Shown: positions 1-14,949 of the stretch, in pieces | How positions within the stretch are numbered: position 1 is the stretch's first letter | Layout: every line of letters begins with the position of its first letter | Source: the human T2T-CHM13v2.0 reference genome, Homo sapiens | Length of the DNA: 64,000 nt | Assembly: GCF_009914755.1 (NCBI RefSeq) | Contig: NC_060942.1 | Strand: one strand, 5' to 3' | Program-made: the position numbers and the translations under genes | Notes under the pieces: model-generated | What the model saw: only the letters and a program-made list of their open reading frames with translations | What the model was told of the DNA's origin: nothing | The model's database searches: none

Positions 1-2
1 TA

Positions 3-296
<294 letters not shown>

Positions 297-1178
297 TTAC
301 ATTTGTGGAAAGTCTCATAGCCATTATATACTAGAATGACTCTTCTTTTTTTTTTTCAAACAGAAGAGTTTGTCTAATCCTTGAAGAATTGTTTTTCCCC
401 CCAAATATCCCTCTCTTATCAGTGTGGCAGGATGCACTGGACAATCATTAGCATCTAACTCTTTTTAGCATTTCCGCAGTTCTGGCTGGATCATTATAAT
501 TCTAACCAAATACATCAAAGCAGTTGGATTTGCAAGAAAATTAAATTAATTCAAATTTTACCAATTATAAGAAAACCTCTATATACTTTTTCAAATTGTC
601 TATGAAAGAAAAGGTGAACTCTTGGTCAAGCTCTTTAAATATTTTTGTGCAAATAAAAAGTTTTAAAAGTAAAGAATCATGGCAAATATTAATTGTCAGT
701 GTGCATATGGCTGGTTGAGAGAGAAAAAAAGAGTAGTTTGTAAGCCTTGGTATCTCACAGAATGCTAGATTACTCAAGCAGCTTAAATTGATTTTAATGT
801 CTGCAATTCACCTTATGTTTGTAACAATTCATATGTCAATATGGTCAGTAATATGTGTGTTCTTTCTTTTATATTTAAATCTCCTAGCTTTTCCAACATC
901 TAACACAGGAAATGATTTTTGAATAAATGAATTAATAGATGGCTTAATTCCTCATTTATCTGAGGTCCTGAAATTGTATCTTGAACAATTTACAGACTGG
1001 CTGGTTTGATGGATAAAGAGATGTGAAATATTGGAAGAGGATTAAATATAAGAAACCCACAGGAGTTTTTGAGATGGAACAAAGTATTTTGCAATTGGCT
1101 ATCAATTGCTGCAAGGGGCATTACAAACTCCACTGAAAGATATTAAACTTATTGTTTGTATTACCTTCTGAACCACAT

Positions 1179-1229
1179 TATATAACTAAAGGGAAATTTT
1201 ATATATATATATAACTAAAGGGAAATTTT

Positions 1230-1268
<39 letters not shown>

Positions 1269-1280
1269 TACACACACAGA
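1179..1280. repeat. 29-bp-period tandem duplication followed by (TA)n(CA)n microsatellite
   Basis: TATATAACTAAAGGGAAATTTT at 1179 and 1208, then TA and CA runs. Confidence 0.9.
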
Positions 1281-1557
1281 TATATCTACATATAAACTTA
1301 AAAGAAATGTAATACTGGGTTAAAGCAAAGGACATCATTTGAGGGTTAACTTGGAGATGATAAAAGAGAATTTTTTTTGAGAAATCATATTTTGAAGTAC
1401 AATGAAGTGAAGAAGAGTATATAACAATGTCAAGTCTGTATTTATGTAAAAATCCCACACTAAAGATTCTGACATTTCTGCTGTAAAATAAATTCCTTAA
1501 AAAGTTACAAAACTTCACAAACTGAAACTTTGAGACTGAAAAGCAATGTGGCAATAG

Positions 1558-1974
1558 TGAGGTACGAGGCAAGACTTGACTCTAGACCAGACTGAAGACT
1601 GGCTGAAACAGGGAAGAGGTGATAGCACCTCTCCATAAGACATGCCCTCTAGTACCATGTCCGTTTGCCATTGCCATGGCAACGACCTGGCAGTTACAAT
1701 GCTTTTTCTAGGAATTTCTGAATAACCCACCCCTTAATTTGCATGTAATTAAAAGTAGGTGTAAATGTGACTGCAGAACTGCACCTCAGCTGCTACTCTC
1801 AGCACACTGCTTGTGGAGTAGCTGCTCTGCAGGAGCATTCACGGAGCTGTAACACTGCCACCTCAATAAAGCTACGTTCTTTCACCACTGGCTTGTTCTT
1901 GAATTCTTTCCCAAGTGAAGCCAAGAACCTCCTTAAGCTAAGCCCCCATGTTGGAACTCACCTGCCCAGCATCA
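1558..1974 (+). mobile_element. ERV1 solo LTR, MER66-like
   Basis: TG...CA termini; 4-bp TSD ATAG (1554-57 and 1975-78); AATAAA near 1865; resembles recalled MER66 consensus (TGAGGTAGGAGGC... GAATTCTTTCC...GAAGCCAAGAACC...GCATCA). Confidence 0.85.
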
Positions 1975-4900
1975 ATAGGTTCTGGCAGCTCCACAAATGG
2001 TTCCAATGTCAGTTTCCTGCTCGTGTACACAATGAGAGCCTCATTGCATTCCTCCCACAGCATAGCCCTGTATACACCATTTCCATTTTATTGTGGGGCC
2101 CTGTTGGGCACCACCTTTCTCAGTGAGTACCCAGTACTCAGTGAGTTAGAGTACCCAAAGCATTAGGGTATGTTAAGTTTCTAGACTATTTTATGTCTTT
2201 CAGTCATAGGAGCAGTTTTAATTAATGCCCAATATCAGTCCAATATGGCATGTGTCATATCATTGTGCTTGGAAATTTCTGGTCCAAAATCCCAAATACT
2301 GTTGCTGAGTGGTGATACCCAAAGGGCTTTTTCATAAGCTTCAGTCTGTGGAATTGCAAGTTGCAGATACTTTCAAAATCATATTTGAATGTGAAACTAA
2401 ATGGCCACAAATCAACTGAGCCACTGTTTTCAATTCAGACATAGCCTGCAATTGTTTGGGCCCCAAAGCCTACAGGAAAATAGCTTTTGAGTGGAAGATT
2501 TGAAACGCTAAACACCTATGAAAATTTTAAACCAAAACATTGCCAACAAGAAGGGCAATAATTGGTACATGGGGAAGTGATGAAGAGTGCTACAGCAGGT
2601 ATCAAAACTAAACAAAGCAATCAAGTGGTCAATAAGGCAAGACTTTTCTTGGAGCCCTGGGACAAAGCTAATGGAAGTGAGGCTTGAGGATGGGGGTTGT
2701 GATTGAAAGCAGGCACTGAAGGCAGCAAACACCAGGCCAACAAGGCATGGGTACATCATTTTGAAGAGGAATTTCACGTGCAGGTATTATTTTTCATAAA
2801 ATAGAGTGAAAAATGCCCCTGTTCCCCGTGCAATTTCTGTCTTGTTGAATGTAATAATTCTATTGCTCTTATGCTGACTTATCCTGTCTGGAGAAGATTG
2901 GTTTTCCAATATGCTTCCTAGCTATTCTGAAATAATTTTCACATTTATCAAGCACATATGAGCTAACTGACTTCATACCAATTTCACACTAGAAATCAAA
3001 TAAATGCAAAGTATAAAATTAAGAAATGATTTTCAAGTCATTTCTAATTAAGTCTACATTGGATCGATCTACAATTGCTTTTAATTTTTCATCCCCCTCC
3101 CATAACTTTTAAATACCAGTACAAAATTTCTCCACTCTTCTCAATCCTCCTATTTGACTCCCGCCCCACTGATTTCAAGGCATGGTCTTGGCTTCTTCGT
3201 ATTTAACTATTAGAATAGCAATGGTAATAATAATAAACAAAAAAACAATAATTTAAGACCATTGAGGTACTTTCTCTCAGATATTTATCAGACCATAGGA
3301 GCTTAAAGTCAAGGGTGGTAGCTTATTTTATATTATATTCTGAGTCTTACATGATCTTAGGAACATGAGTTTTCTCATAAGTTTTATTAAATAAATACGT
3401 GAACGAATGGGATTGAGAAGGCCTGTATATCAGACTCAGTGAATAGAGGATACAGGGAAAAGGTTGAAGGAGACACATCGTGGAGTTTGAGATTCAGGCT
3501 AAAAGGGTAAGTCACCTGAGGGGATTAACCATTTTCTTTAAGTATCTACTATGCTTTATTCAAACTAGATAGTTTATGCATTTTAAGTTGGGAAGAATAG
3601 TATCATTTCTAAACTATTTGAAAAGTATTATTTATCTTTGACATATTACATTTAGTTTCAAATAATTACTTAGAAATTATGCTGCTCTATATCCAATTAC
3701 TTTAAATAATTTCTCTGAAGTATTCATTATACATATGATAATGATTGTGATTCGGTATTTTTGACATGGATTATATTCTGAAATGAGAGAGTCTGTCCTA
3801 TGCAAGGAAAACGTCCTTGATATATGCATTAATTTGTTTTAAACTGATGAAGCGTACATTTCCTTCATCACAATCATTTCAAAATGCTGTTTTTTTTAAC
3901 ATTATAGAGTTGTTTTCTCTTATTGGAGATCTGTCATCTGTTTCATGTTCACAAAAAATACTATTTAGCAAACAATTTAAATAGTACAATATATAGATCA
4001 CTGAGAGATATTAGGGTCCACTGATGCCACTTGTAGGTCTGCTATAAAATAATTTGTGTGCATGTAATTCTGTTACATAATTGCTCATATGTAATACTTC
4101 AAAAACGCAATGATGCATTAGCAATTTATTCACATGAAAATGATGGTTAGATCAAATTCATGATTTATGTCAAACAGGATGTCTGTACTTTTTGTCTGGT
4201 TTTATTTTCTTTGCTTGCTTTCAATTTCATTACAATTTTGCTTCTTGAACATGTCACTAAACTTGCCTTAGAGATCTGAGAGACAAAATAAAAGTCGAGA
4301 ATAGAAATGAAGAAGGTGACAAATTGTGGTGTTTGCAGCTATCTCAAGTCCATTATCTTTCAATTGTAGTCCTTTTCTTTCCTCCCCGCTGTAAATCCAC
4401 TACTTTCAAATTACTGCAGGGTAACTTGCTCTATCATTGCCTCCACTTATGGAAGAAAGTTGAACCTCTTGAGCAAGATGTTGAATCAATATATTGTTAT
4501 AGTACTCAAAATAAAAGCAACACTAAAGTATAAATTCATGTCTAGTAAAAGCAAGGTCAGTTTTTGAAAAGAAAAAGCAGAGGTACGTATCATAGCTCTC
4601 TATATTTTCCTTAAATATTAATACAAATATAGAGACTTTTCAAAAATCGTTGAACCAGACATGTTTTATACACGACTTAATTTTAAAACAAAATTGAAAT
4701 TATGAATATTCATTTATTTTACCTTATATTTACTATTCTCAAATACATAAAAATAGTAAGCAAAATAAATAATATCTCTAACCTATTTAATAACTAACAT
4801 ATTAAAAATATGTGCATATATATATATATTTCTACCAACCCTGGATTATCCTGCATCTCTGTCTGCTTTTAATACATATTGTTCATGCTTGTTGGTTTCC

Positions 4901-5849
4901 AGTAACAAGCAGGTTTTTAATTTGTGGACATTTCACTTTTCCAGTGTCAGCCTATGAAGGAATAAATGATAAATAATTGTACCGTACATTTTACGTCCCG
5001 AATAGTAAACGTGTTAACAACATATGACTCAGTTGCTTTATCCGTCATTGATATTATCGTCACTAGCATTTCTTGGTTCTTCATGTCTTTACCTCTCTGA
5101 TTTGCATGGCATAAAGCCTAAGAAAGGATCTAAGATCCCCAATTAATAAGCAAGCAATTCAAGACCAAGATTTCCCATTTATTTTTCAGGATGGCTTATG
5201 ACATTACCCTAAGGTTTCCACATATTTTCAGAAATAAACTCAGGCATATCTAAAGTGATGGCTTAAATTAGTTCTAAATGTACAATCTCCTCAATACTTC
5301 TGTAAAATGGTATTTACATAACTGATAAATTTATATGTGGCATTTTCAAAGTTTACTGTAATTGCTTTCCCCAATATGTCAAGTAATGAAACTTTGGATT
5401 TAATTAAAATCATTTTGATTAAATTCATCAGGTATTTATTGAGTATAAAACTCGTGGTCAGTATTAAACTAAGTGTGAGGTAGGATTAAAAACATATGAA
5501 ACTTAAAAGTCAAAAAGTTCCTATGACTTGGAAACAGGCAGAGGCATAAGATATAAACAAATATAATGTATAATAAAGCACTAAGAATTGAAAGTCAAAA
5601 TAGGCAGTATTAATTTAGGAAACATATTTTTTGCACATTTTGAAAGAACAGAATGAATGTATATTTGAAAAAGTAATTTTTTATTTGAAATTTTAAACTA
5701 TTTTTCAGGAATTATGTTTAATTATTTACTCTGGCAACACCTAACTTTATCTTTGAAGAAAAAAAGTTATAAAAAGAAAAATTGTCAACTAGCCACCATG
5801 TTTCTCCAGCCTCTTAGACTGATTTATTACTCTTTTTACTAATATTATC

Positions 5850-6000
5850 TATAATCATGTCTCTATCTTATATTCATTGTCATATTTATATCTGTATCTA
5901 TAGTGTCTGTATCTATATTTCCTTCTACATGTATCTCTAAACTTATTTCTATCTATATCTATGTATTTATTGATATCTATGTTTGTGTCTATATACCTTC
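5850..6000. repeat. Degenerate (TCTATA)n low-complexity repeat
   Basis: Repeated TATCTATA/TCTGTA units. Confidence 0.6.
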
Positions 6001-7495
6001 ATACACGATTATTGTTTCCCTAATTAAAATACAATGTATATGGTGGATATATATAGTCAGTACCTAAAAAATGTCCCTAGCATCTGGTAAGTATGCAAAA
6101 AAAATGAATAAAATATTAAACATAGATTTGTATTCAGTCATATGTCACTCATTTCAGTAATGCACATTCATTTTACAGCTCTACTCCCTTCTGAATTAGA
6201 ATATTTAAATGAGCTTATTACATAAGGGGATAAGTTTATGCTATATGAAGTCTAAATATAAAGTTGCCATCTCCAGCTAACTGCCCCATCAAATAGCAAA
6301 GAGTTGTTTATCCTTTTACAAATGCCAATAATTTTACACACAAAAGTTTCATAATTGATGTCCTACCTAACATAATAAAAGGAGGAAGGAAGGTAAACTT
6401 AGTTATGAATAGTAGTAAAAATGGGTACTTATCATTTTTTGAAGGAGATTTTTGGTTTTGTTTTTGGTTTAAGCGCTGCGTCTCAGTTTAAAAGTTTATT
6501 TGGAAAGACATAATTGGAAATTAAAACACATTTCAGACCTTCTGGAATGCAATTGCATTGGTACTATAAGAGAGAAGCAAAGGTGTGGTGTATTTATCTT
6601 CCCCATGGCTCACAATCAATAAAAGCCATATATGACTATGCATGGTCCACTTTTGTCTTCATGGTGCCTTGTTTCGTACAATTAAAGAAAGCTCAGTTAA
6701 AGAAAGCCAATTTTAAAGTACATTAAATGTTGTTAGGAAAAAAAAATCTCCCTGGGAGATTCAGGTCTGTGAAAAATGACTTCTTAAAGGGATAGTATTA
6801 TTCTACGCAGGCTTGAAAGAGCATCTGGCCTTTCTAGAGATTTCAAAGATTGCTGGCATTTAGCAGATGGATGGTAGTTTTATCTGAAATTAAAGCTAAG
6901 ACACACTTTGGTGCCTTCCCCAGTTTAGGAACATAAAGTTCTGTGATAAAATAGAAGTTTAATAGAATCTAAATACATTACGCCACTCTAGGTAAAAAAG
7001 ATAACCAAGTGCTATTTTAGTGTTTTATATGATTGAGTGGGTATGTATTTCTCTAAGATTAATATTATTCTATTGTAGTTAACATGGATTGTGTACTGAC
7101 TTGATTCATAATTTGTGTCCAGTTGGAAAGAAAGAGGATAAGCTGGATCAAAGCCTACTGGAGAATGGACTTAAAACTATTTGATTCTCATCATCTAAAA
7201 CATCATCCTAAGTAAATATGTCCATCACCTTGTCATCCAATAATTATATAGTCAGGTTGCTTTTGAATTCGTAGCTGATGGACGTGCTTGAGATTGTCAT
7301 TATTACTCCAGGAATATCCACATAGTTTTAACAGCAACCACGTTCATACCCCCAAATACCCTGGTAACAAATTGTATATTCACCCTGTGATGATTTCACC
7401 CTAGCAACAACTGATTGATATGAGTTTGGCGATAATAAGTCTGCAGTGGGAGCAGAGAGGCAGTGGAAGCCAGTGGAGAAAATGAGGTGAGGAAT

Positions 7496-7828
7496 TCAGA
7501 CAGCCAAGTATAAAATGGTCCCCAGAAAAACTCCAGCTGGCCTGCACACTGGCAGAAGGGTGGAGCCTCGGAAGTTAGCATCTTTTGCAGCGGGGAGGAG
7601 CTTGGCCTCTCCTCTTCTGGGGTGGTAAACTGGGATTCCATCTGTGAGGTGGGAAACCTACTACCAGGACTCTCGCTTTGCTGAGAGTCCCTGTTTCCCC
7701 TTTTAATTTCCTTTTCACCCAATAGAACCTGTCCTTCTCAGCATTCAAAGTGTCTGCAAGCCTAATCTTTCATGATCACGTGACAAGAACCCGGCTTTTA
7801 GCTGAACTAAGGAGAAAGTCCTATAACA
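7496..7828 (+). mobile_element. ERV1 solo LTR, MER61-like
   Basis: (TC)AGACAGCC...TTTGCAGCGGGGAGGAG...TTAGCTGAACTAAGGAGAAAGTCCTATAACA; 4-bp TSD GAAT (7492-95 and 7829-32). Confidence 0.85.
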
Positions 7829-9321
7829 GAATTTAGAACTCAAAATTGTATGTTTAGATATAGTTTTCCTAAACAGTCACAAGAAATAAACAACAAACAT
7901 CATCAACTGCTTGCCCATTTCTAACATTCATATATTTGTTTTGTGTTCATGCGTGTTGATTTTCTGAACTTTAGATTGGTTTTGCTTTTCTATAGTGATT
8001 TTTTTTCTTTTTTTGTACGTTTTCTTTGTTATCATGTTTAATTTTAAATATATATATAAACCCCAGCAAATTATGAGCCTATAAACCAAGTAGATCACAG
8101 TGCTCACTGAGACAGTAAAAGTATTAATAGAAGCTGTGGTACTTGGAAAATTCTAGGCAGATGCTGGGTGTGGAGATGCGGGGTGGAAATGCAGTTTCCA
8201 TCATCATTTTGAATTGAAAATACTATGAGAGTTTAGACTAAATGTTTAAAATATACCCTGAAATTTCTTTTGCTGAAATTTAAAATGTACTTAGTTGTAA
8301 GGAATGAGTACATATTCCCAGATAAAGAGGAGCAAGGTGACAAATATTATGAAACAACAAACAAAAAACCTGGTCAGCTGCTCTAAGGATATATAATTTC
8401 ATTTACATTGAAAATTATACTCTAATTCTTACTTTGTAGGATATGAGATACCATGGTAATAACACATTGGCAACGGTTTTAGTGAAATGAGACTTTTTTT
8501 CTCTCATTATAGAACAAGATGACTTTTATACATTTCTCTCTTTTTCTAAAATTCTACCTCCCATATTCCAGGTGATGTGCTGGTTGCTGATGACACACTG
8601 ATAAACATTCTGGTGATGCAGCCAGTTCATTGTAGGGCTTGCAGTGTGTATTGGGAAACATAAATATTGGAAATAGTTTATGGCTAGTTTGAATTTAACT
8701 AAATATGTATATATGTCAAAGTTCTACAAAGTAGAGAAGCTGTACTAGGGCATATTTAAGGAAATTACACTCATCTGGGGAATTATGGGTGGCTTCCATG
8801 ATAAAGTAATATTTATTTAAGCATAGACTTGAGAATATTTTGACAAAATCTAGGCAAAGAGATAGGAAAGATGTGTGGTTGGGCTGTGTATTTAACCCTC
8901 TGAGCAGGCGATAATGCTGGACTCTGTCTTTTCCTGCCACCATGCATAATTTGTTTTTCTGAAACAGAGAAGTGAAAACAGTGAAGTGGCTGAGTTTCTT
9001 TTTAGAACATTCTCAGATTCCTTTTTTTTCCTGTATTTGGTTGAAAGGAGCCTTTAAAAGAGTTCATAATTTTGGCTACTGCCTAGCAAATGTATATGGC
9101 TTTTATTTGGAAATATAAACAACACTTAAAAATATTTAACTGCAGAAAAATAAAATTAATTTAAAATTTAAGGAAAACCTAGTGTTGATTATTTAGGAAA
9201 CATTGGAAACATTAATGGAAAACATTAATGCTTTGGAAGAGCTTTGTTTATCTATGCTCAGTTTCAATCTTGTATTTTTCTGACAGCTGGGGTTTCTTCA
9301 AAGCTTCTTACCATCTCACTT

Positions 9322-10430
9322 ATTTTTTAACAGCTTTATTGATGTATACCACATATATCATACAATTGTCCATTCAAATTATGCAATCTAATATTTTTAG
9401 CATATTCTCATAGTTGCACAACCATCATCACAATCTAATTTTAGAAAATGTTTCCCTTACCTAAAATAAATGACATCCCAATGACCAGTCATTCCATGCT
9501 AAATTGAACACCCAGTTCAGCCCTTGACAACCACTTAAATATTCACTATCTCTATGGATTTACCTATTTGGGGCATTACATATAAATGGAATCAAGCAAT
9601 ATGTGATCTTCCGTTATGGGTTTATTTCATTTAATATTTTCCAGATCTATCTATGTTGTAACACATATTAGTACTTTATTCTCTTTTTCCCCTAAATAAT
9701 ATTTCATTGTGTAGATATACCACATTTTGTGTATCCATTTGTCACTTGATGGGGATTTGGGTTCTTTCACTTTTTTGGCTATTATGAAAAAATTATGCTA
9801 TTAACATTCATATAAAAGTTTTTGTGTGGTCAAATGTTACCATTACTCTTGGGTATATATTTCAAAATGAAATTACTGGGTCATACGGTAAATCTATGTT
9901 TAACATTTTAAGACCAAAATGTTATTTTTCAAAACAGTTGTGCCATTTTATATGCCCCCCAGTAACATATGAATATTCCAACTTCTCCACAGCCTCGCCA
10001 ACACATTTTATTGATGTTATTGCTGACTTTTTAAATTTTATCATCCTGGTTGATGTGAATTCATCTTTCACAGTGTTTTTGATTCCCACAAAACTCATGG
10101 TTAATAATATTGAGCATCTGTTCATGTGATTATTGGCCATTTGTCTGTATCTCTTTGGAATTAATATCTGTTTAAACTGTCATTTTTCAAATGGGTTGTC
10201 TTGCTGTTGTTGGCTGTAAGATGTTTATATCTTTCAGACACTAGATATTTGTCAGATAGATGATTTGCAAATTTTTTTTTTCTCATTCTCTGGGTTGTCT
10301 TTTTACTTTCCTGGTGGTATTCTTGGCAGCAAACAAGTTTTTAATGTTTATGTAATTGAGTTTATCTATTGTTCCTTTGATTTTTGTGCTCATGGTATTG
10401 TAAATTAAAAATTATTTCTTCACCCAATTT
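9322..10430 (-). mobile_element. Old L1 3' end (L1MB-like)
   Basis: AACAGCTTTATTGA...TTGCACAACCATCATCACAATCTAATTTTAG is typical of an antisense L1MB 3'UTR; the 9922-10140 (-) ORF resembles the ORF2 C-terminus (CVGEAVEKLE..YVTGG). Confidence 0.8.
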
Positions 10431-11739
10431 CAAGAAATGACCAACAGAAATATTCTGTTTTCTTCTACATTATCTTCTTTCATATCTACTGTTTTTCAGA
10501 TAATGTACCCCTTAGTATTAAATGTCATTTTTATCTTGCCAAAGCATTTTGGTAAAATGATAAGTTAATGTTGCCACTTTTTTAACTTACCTCCCTCCCA
10601 AAGAATATTCAGAAAATACTTAAGTGCTATCAAAAGCTTATATGTTATAAAATATCCTTTTTATTATAAAGTTTAAAAGTGCTACCAATCAAGCATGACC
10701 TATATAATGACTATCAAATACATTAATATTAGATGGGCATGTTTTAATTCCCACTCAGCTTTCTATCTTTACCTGCTAAATAGGAGTAATTAATTTTAAG
10801 CCCCCACTAAACCAACCACAACAGCTTTGGGGATCAAATAATAAATAATCTCAATTAAGCAACCCATATCAACAAGATTATTTTACTGCATCTTGATGTT
10901 TCATGTATCATTATAATGAAGAGTAGTCACTTTTATGCACGTGAAACTGTCAAAAGATAAAATTACAAAAAAATTAGTTTTAAAAAGCAAATTGGTTTCT
11001 ATCAGCAATTCATGAATTGGGCAGAGTCTCATAGAAAGTTATAGAAAATGTTCTCCACTAGGTATGGCATAACAGTCTATTTTTATATAATAGCTTTAGT
11101 GGGAACAAAGAAACAGCATAATACAAAAAGCAGTTTTTATGTTTCAGTTAGATTATTTCAGTTTGCTTTTTTGGTAGTGGTAAAAACAGAGGGAACTTCC
11201 TTAGCAGGAAGGCTAAAACTAGTCTGTTTGGATATATGGCTATGATCTCTTATTCCTCTTTCTTGGAAGGTTAAACAACTTAGTTTCAGTTAAGTACATG
11301 GAACTTTAGCATGAGTGGCTGCATTCTGGCTCGGTTTGTTGAGGTCTGGAGTAGAAGCTCAGCTCAAAACAGTGGAGTCCTAGAAATTTTACTTAACAAC
11401 TACATTGGCAAGCAATCCTCCATTCTTTAGGATTCTCTACTAGCTGTTTGTTGTTGCTGTTGTTTAAAACCAGAATGTCTTTTCCAATATCTCATAGCCT
11501 TTTTTTTTTTGAATACCCAAAATATATTTGTAATATTCATACTGATAAGATTGAATTTGCAAATAAGAGATTTTCATGATATTTCAATTATATACATTGA
11601 TATGATATAGAATTTAGGTTTGCATATGTTATTTAAAAATTTCTTGCACAAATATATAAGTAACTTTTTTTCATCTCAGAATGTATTTTCATATGATACT
11701 TCAGGAGAGGAATAAAGGTCTTGAGTTTCTGAATTCAGA

Positions 11740-12560
11740 TACGAAGAGACACAGATAGACAAGAATAATAGGCAACATAATCTTCTCTCTGGGTTAGTGC
11801 AGTATAGTGAAAGCAATAGACATGTCAACAAACACTTATGATGTTGGGAGAATTGAAGTAGGCGATAGCTACAGAGCATCACACAAACACAAAATGAGAG
11901 GCACCTCAGTATTACTAAGAAGTCAGCTCAGCTTCCTATTGGAAGTTACATTTGAGTAGTTTGGGATAATGAGTAGGACTTCTCCAGGAACTTACCCACT
12001 GTGAAACATTTCACAAAATATGTGCTCTCAATCAAAGCCAAAACCAGTCAATGTTATAAGACATATGCTAAACCAGAATGTCAGAAAGTGTTTGTAAGTA
12101 GTTCATTTTGCTGCAGAAGGAAGTTGCTTTACTGTGAAAGTCATGTGGGAAAGAGGATATATATATTTGCTACAAATAAACTTATCAGAGAAAAAGGCAA
12201 AATTCTTCCTATATTTCATGTGAATAAATTGTCAACTTACGCACGCTTCTTTTCCATATATGTGTCAGAAGTGAAAAGGGATAAAGAATTCTGATGACAA
12301 TTCTCGTGCTATTATCACACATAAAAAAGCAACTGAGAGCAAGTCAGCAAGGTGGCAATGTCTAGACTCAAGTGGCAAGTACAACCTGCATGATAGAATA
12401 TGAGAAGGCCTAAAGGTTGGGGTTCGCAGCAGGGGTGAAGAGGTTGAGCGTTAAAGGCAATTTAAAAGAAATATCAGAACTCATGACACTGCACGAATGG
12501 AAGATCCTAGAACTGCAAACCAAGATAACTAAGTGACATCACAGATTATAGCTTTGTTAT
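11740..12560 (-). mobile_element. Degraded L2 fragments
   Basis: Weak similarity to an antisense L2 3' region; boundaries approximate. Confidence 0.35.
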
Positions 12561-13738
12561 CTTAGTCATTAATGATAAGGCATAGGCTTTAAATATAGTT
12601 ATTTAAAGAAAGCCTTTGTTCTCTTTGGGCCAGTATCTCTTCAGGTTATTCTTAGATGAATAGGATTTTAGAGGTTAACATAAAATTGTATACAGACAAT
12701 AAAAATGAATGTGCCTCACAACCAAGAGAATCCAATAATCAAAACTTTAAAACTTTAGTATGAAATAGAATAATTATTCCCATGAAATATTTTTTTTCCT
12801 ATACTTAAAAATATGTGCTCAAAGGGGAATACTTTCTAGGGTATGTTCTCTGACCTTTTTGCACTTCCTTTCTATAGAGAAGCTGTATTTTTCTCTTATA
12901 TCTTCACTAGTTAATGTGGCTTCATTATAGCTTAATTTGCAAGAAAAATATTGAGAAATATAGGGCTGTTGTTCAGATGAAAGAAAATTCACTGGGATAT
13001 AATTAATGCCATAAATGTTTAGTCATTATAATAAATATCATATATGATATTACTATATGTAGACATACCTATTTTTAATTACAAACACATGTAAATCACA
13101 TTAAGAGAAATTAAAATGATTTTAAAGTTTTGAACATTTTTTATTTTATCAAACAATTCTGGATTAAAATTTAATGCATATTTTCTAATTTATTTTTAAT
13201 ATAAGGGGCTTGTCCTACTTTTACAAACATTTATATAATAGACTTTGTACATATTATATCAATCAATATATAGCCTATTAAAAGTCAACAGCTATATATA
13301 TATTTATATATTATATAAAGTTTGGTGTATATTTATCAAAATTTAATTATATTATCCAAATACAGCCATAAATTTCAATAAAATTCATTTCTAAATTACG
13401 AAATTATGACTGTTATTTAATATATTTAGTATCTGAATGATACTAAAATGCTATCCATAAGAAATCAAATGTGTAATAAATCTCTTTCTGTGTATGTATA
13501 TGTGTGTGTATGTCTGTGTGCTCATGTATGTGTTTGTGTCTATAATTTTTATAGTATTTAAGATTAAAAGAAAAAAGTATAGAAATCTCTTTCTCTTTTT
13601 TTCTAATTTTAAAGACAAGTATGCAAAGTTCCCAAGGAAAATGCCAACAGCCAAAGTAGGCAAACTAATGACTTACACTTTATCTACTTATATATTTATC
13701 ATCAAAATGTGCCCTTAAATGTACTTTTGAAGCCATTC

Positions 13739-13742
<4 letters not shown>

Positions 13743-13803
<61 letters not shown>
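13743..13803. repeat. Perfect (TA)n microsatellite, ~30 units
   Basis: Uninterrupted TA run. Confidence 0.98.
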
Positions 13804-13806
<3 letters not shown>

Positions 13807-14199
13807 TAAATAACTTTCTCAAGGAAAATTACTTTGGGATTATTTGAAAACAATCTTTCTCCTACAAAGTGCTCCCTTCTCTCCTACTAAAGGCAATTAG
13901 ATCAAAGCAAGTCTTTGTTGCTTAAGAATTCATATGCTTCAGCTACTTAGTCAATATGATCATAATTCTGATGTCATGGAGTCAGTCACTGAGAATTATA
14001 ACAGTACATTTTTCAAATTATAAATGTTGGATAAAAATGTAGATGAAGGAAGGAAACTATAATGAGCCTTGCTTATCTAACTCTTTTCCAAACTGTGAGA
14101 ACAAATCAAATCTTCCCTTACATACTTCAAGAATACCACTCTTCACCCATTTATCCAAACCTTCAACTCGCCAACTCTCCAATACTGGGTGAGTCAGGC

Positions 14200-14949
14200 T
14201 ATGTATAAGTAAATGTCCTAGGACACTGCTTTCCAGAAGGACTTTTAGAATGGTAGCTGTGCATTTCTAGCACATCTCACAAACTACAGTGTCTGGAAGT
14301 GAGGTAGAAGGCTTTTGATGGAAGCCAACTGCAACAAGATCCAGATTTTTGCAATTAACATACAAAACCTAGAGCAAAGTTTATGTATCTGATTGTGGAA
14401 CAGATGAGGAATCTCAACAAAGTGATGAAACAAAAGAATACCCATTCTAGAACTGAAATTTGCAATGTCTGAAATGTAAAATTTCCTAAATAATCTTAAG
14501 ATTAGGCAAGAAAAATAGCTAAAAGTACAGTCTGTGAGTTTGAAGAACAATGAACATCATTTGATGTAAAGGAAAGATAAATATTGAAAATGAGGACAAC
14601 TTCAGTGAATATTGAGACAATATCAATAAGGTTTCTGGGAAAAGAAAATGTGGCAAAAATATTTGAATAATTGATGACTGAAAATGTACCAAATTTGATG
14701 GAAACCATAAACTTTCTAACCAAATTTCATGAAAGATAAATAGAAAGCTGCTCTTAGACATGTAATAGTCAATTTACTAATGACCAAAAATAAGAAAACA
14801 ATATTGAGATCAGCAAGAGAAAAAATAATATATATAGAGTGTCCCATCAGAATCACAGGAGACTGGAAGAGAATATAACAATATCTTCAGACCTCTGAAA
14901 ACAGAATAAATACTCTCTCAATCCAGAGGTAATAATCCTCAAAAGATAA
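14200..14949 (+). mobile_element. Old L1M ORF1 region, left part (continues at 21942)
   Basis: A-rich degenerate ORF1-like sequence (ATTCTAGAACTGAAA..., AATATTTGAATAATTGATGACTGAAAATGTACCAAATTTGATG). Confidence 0.65.
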
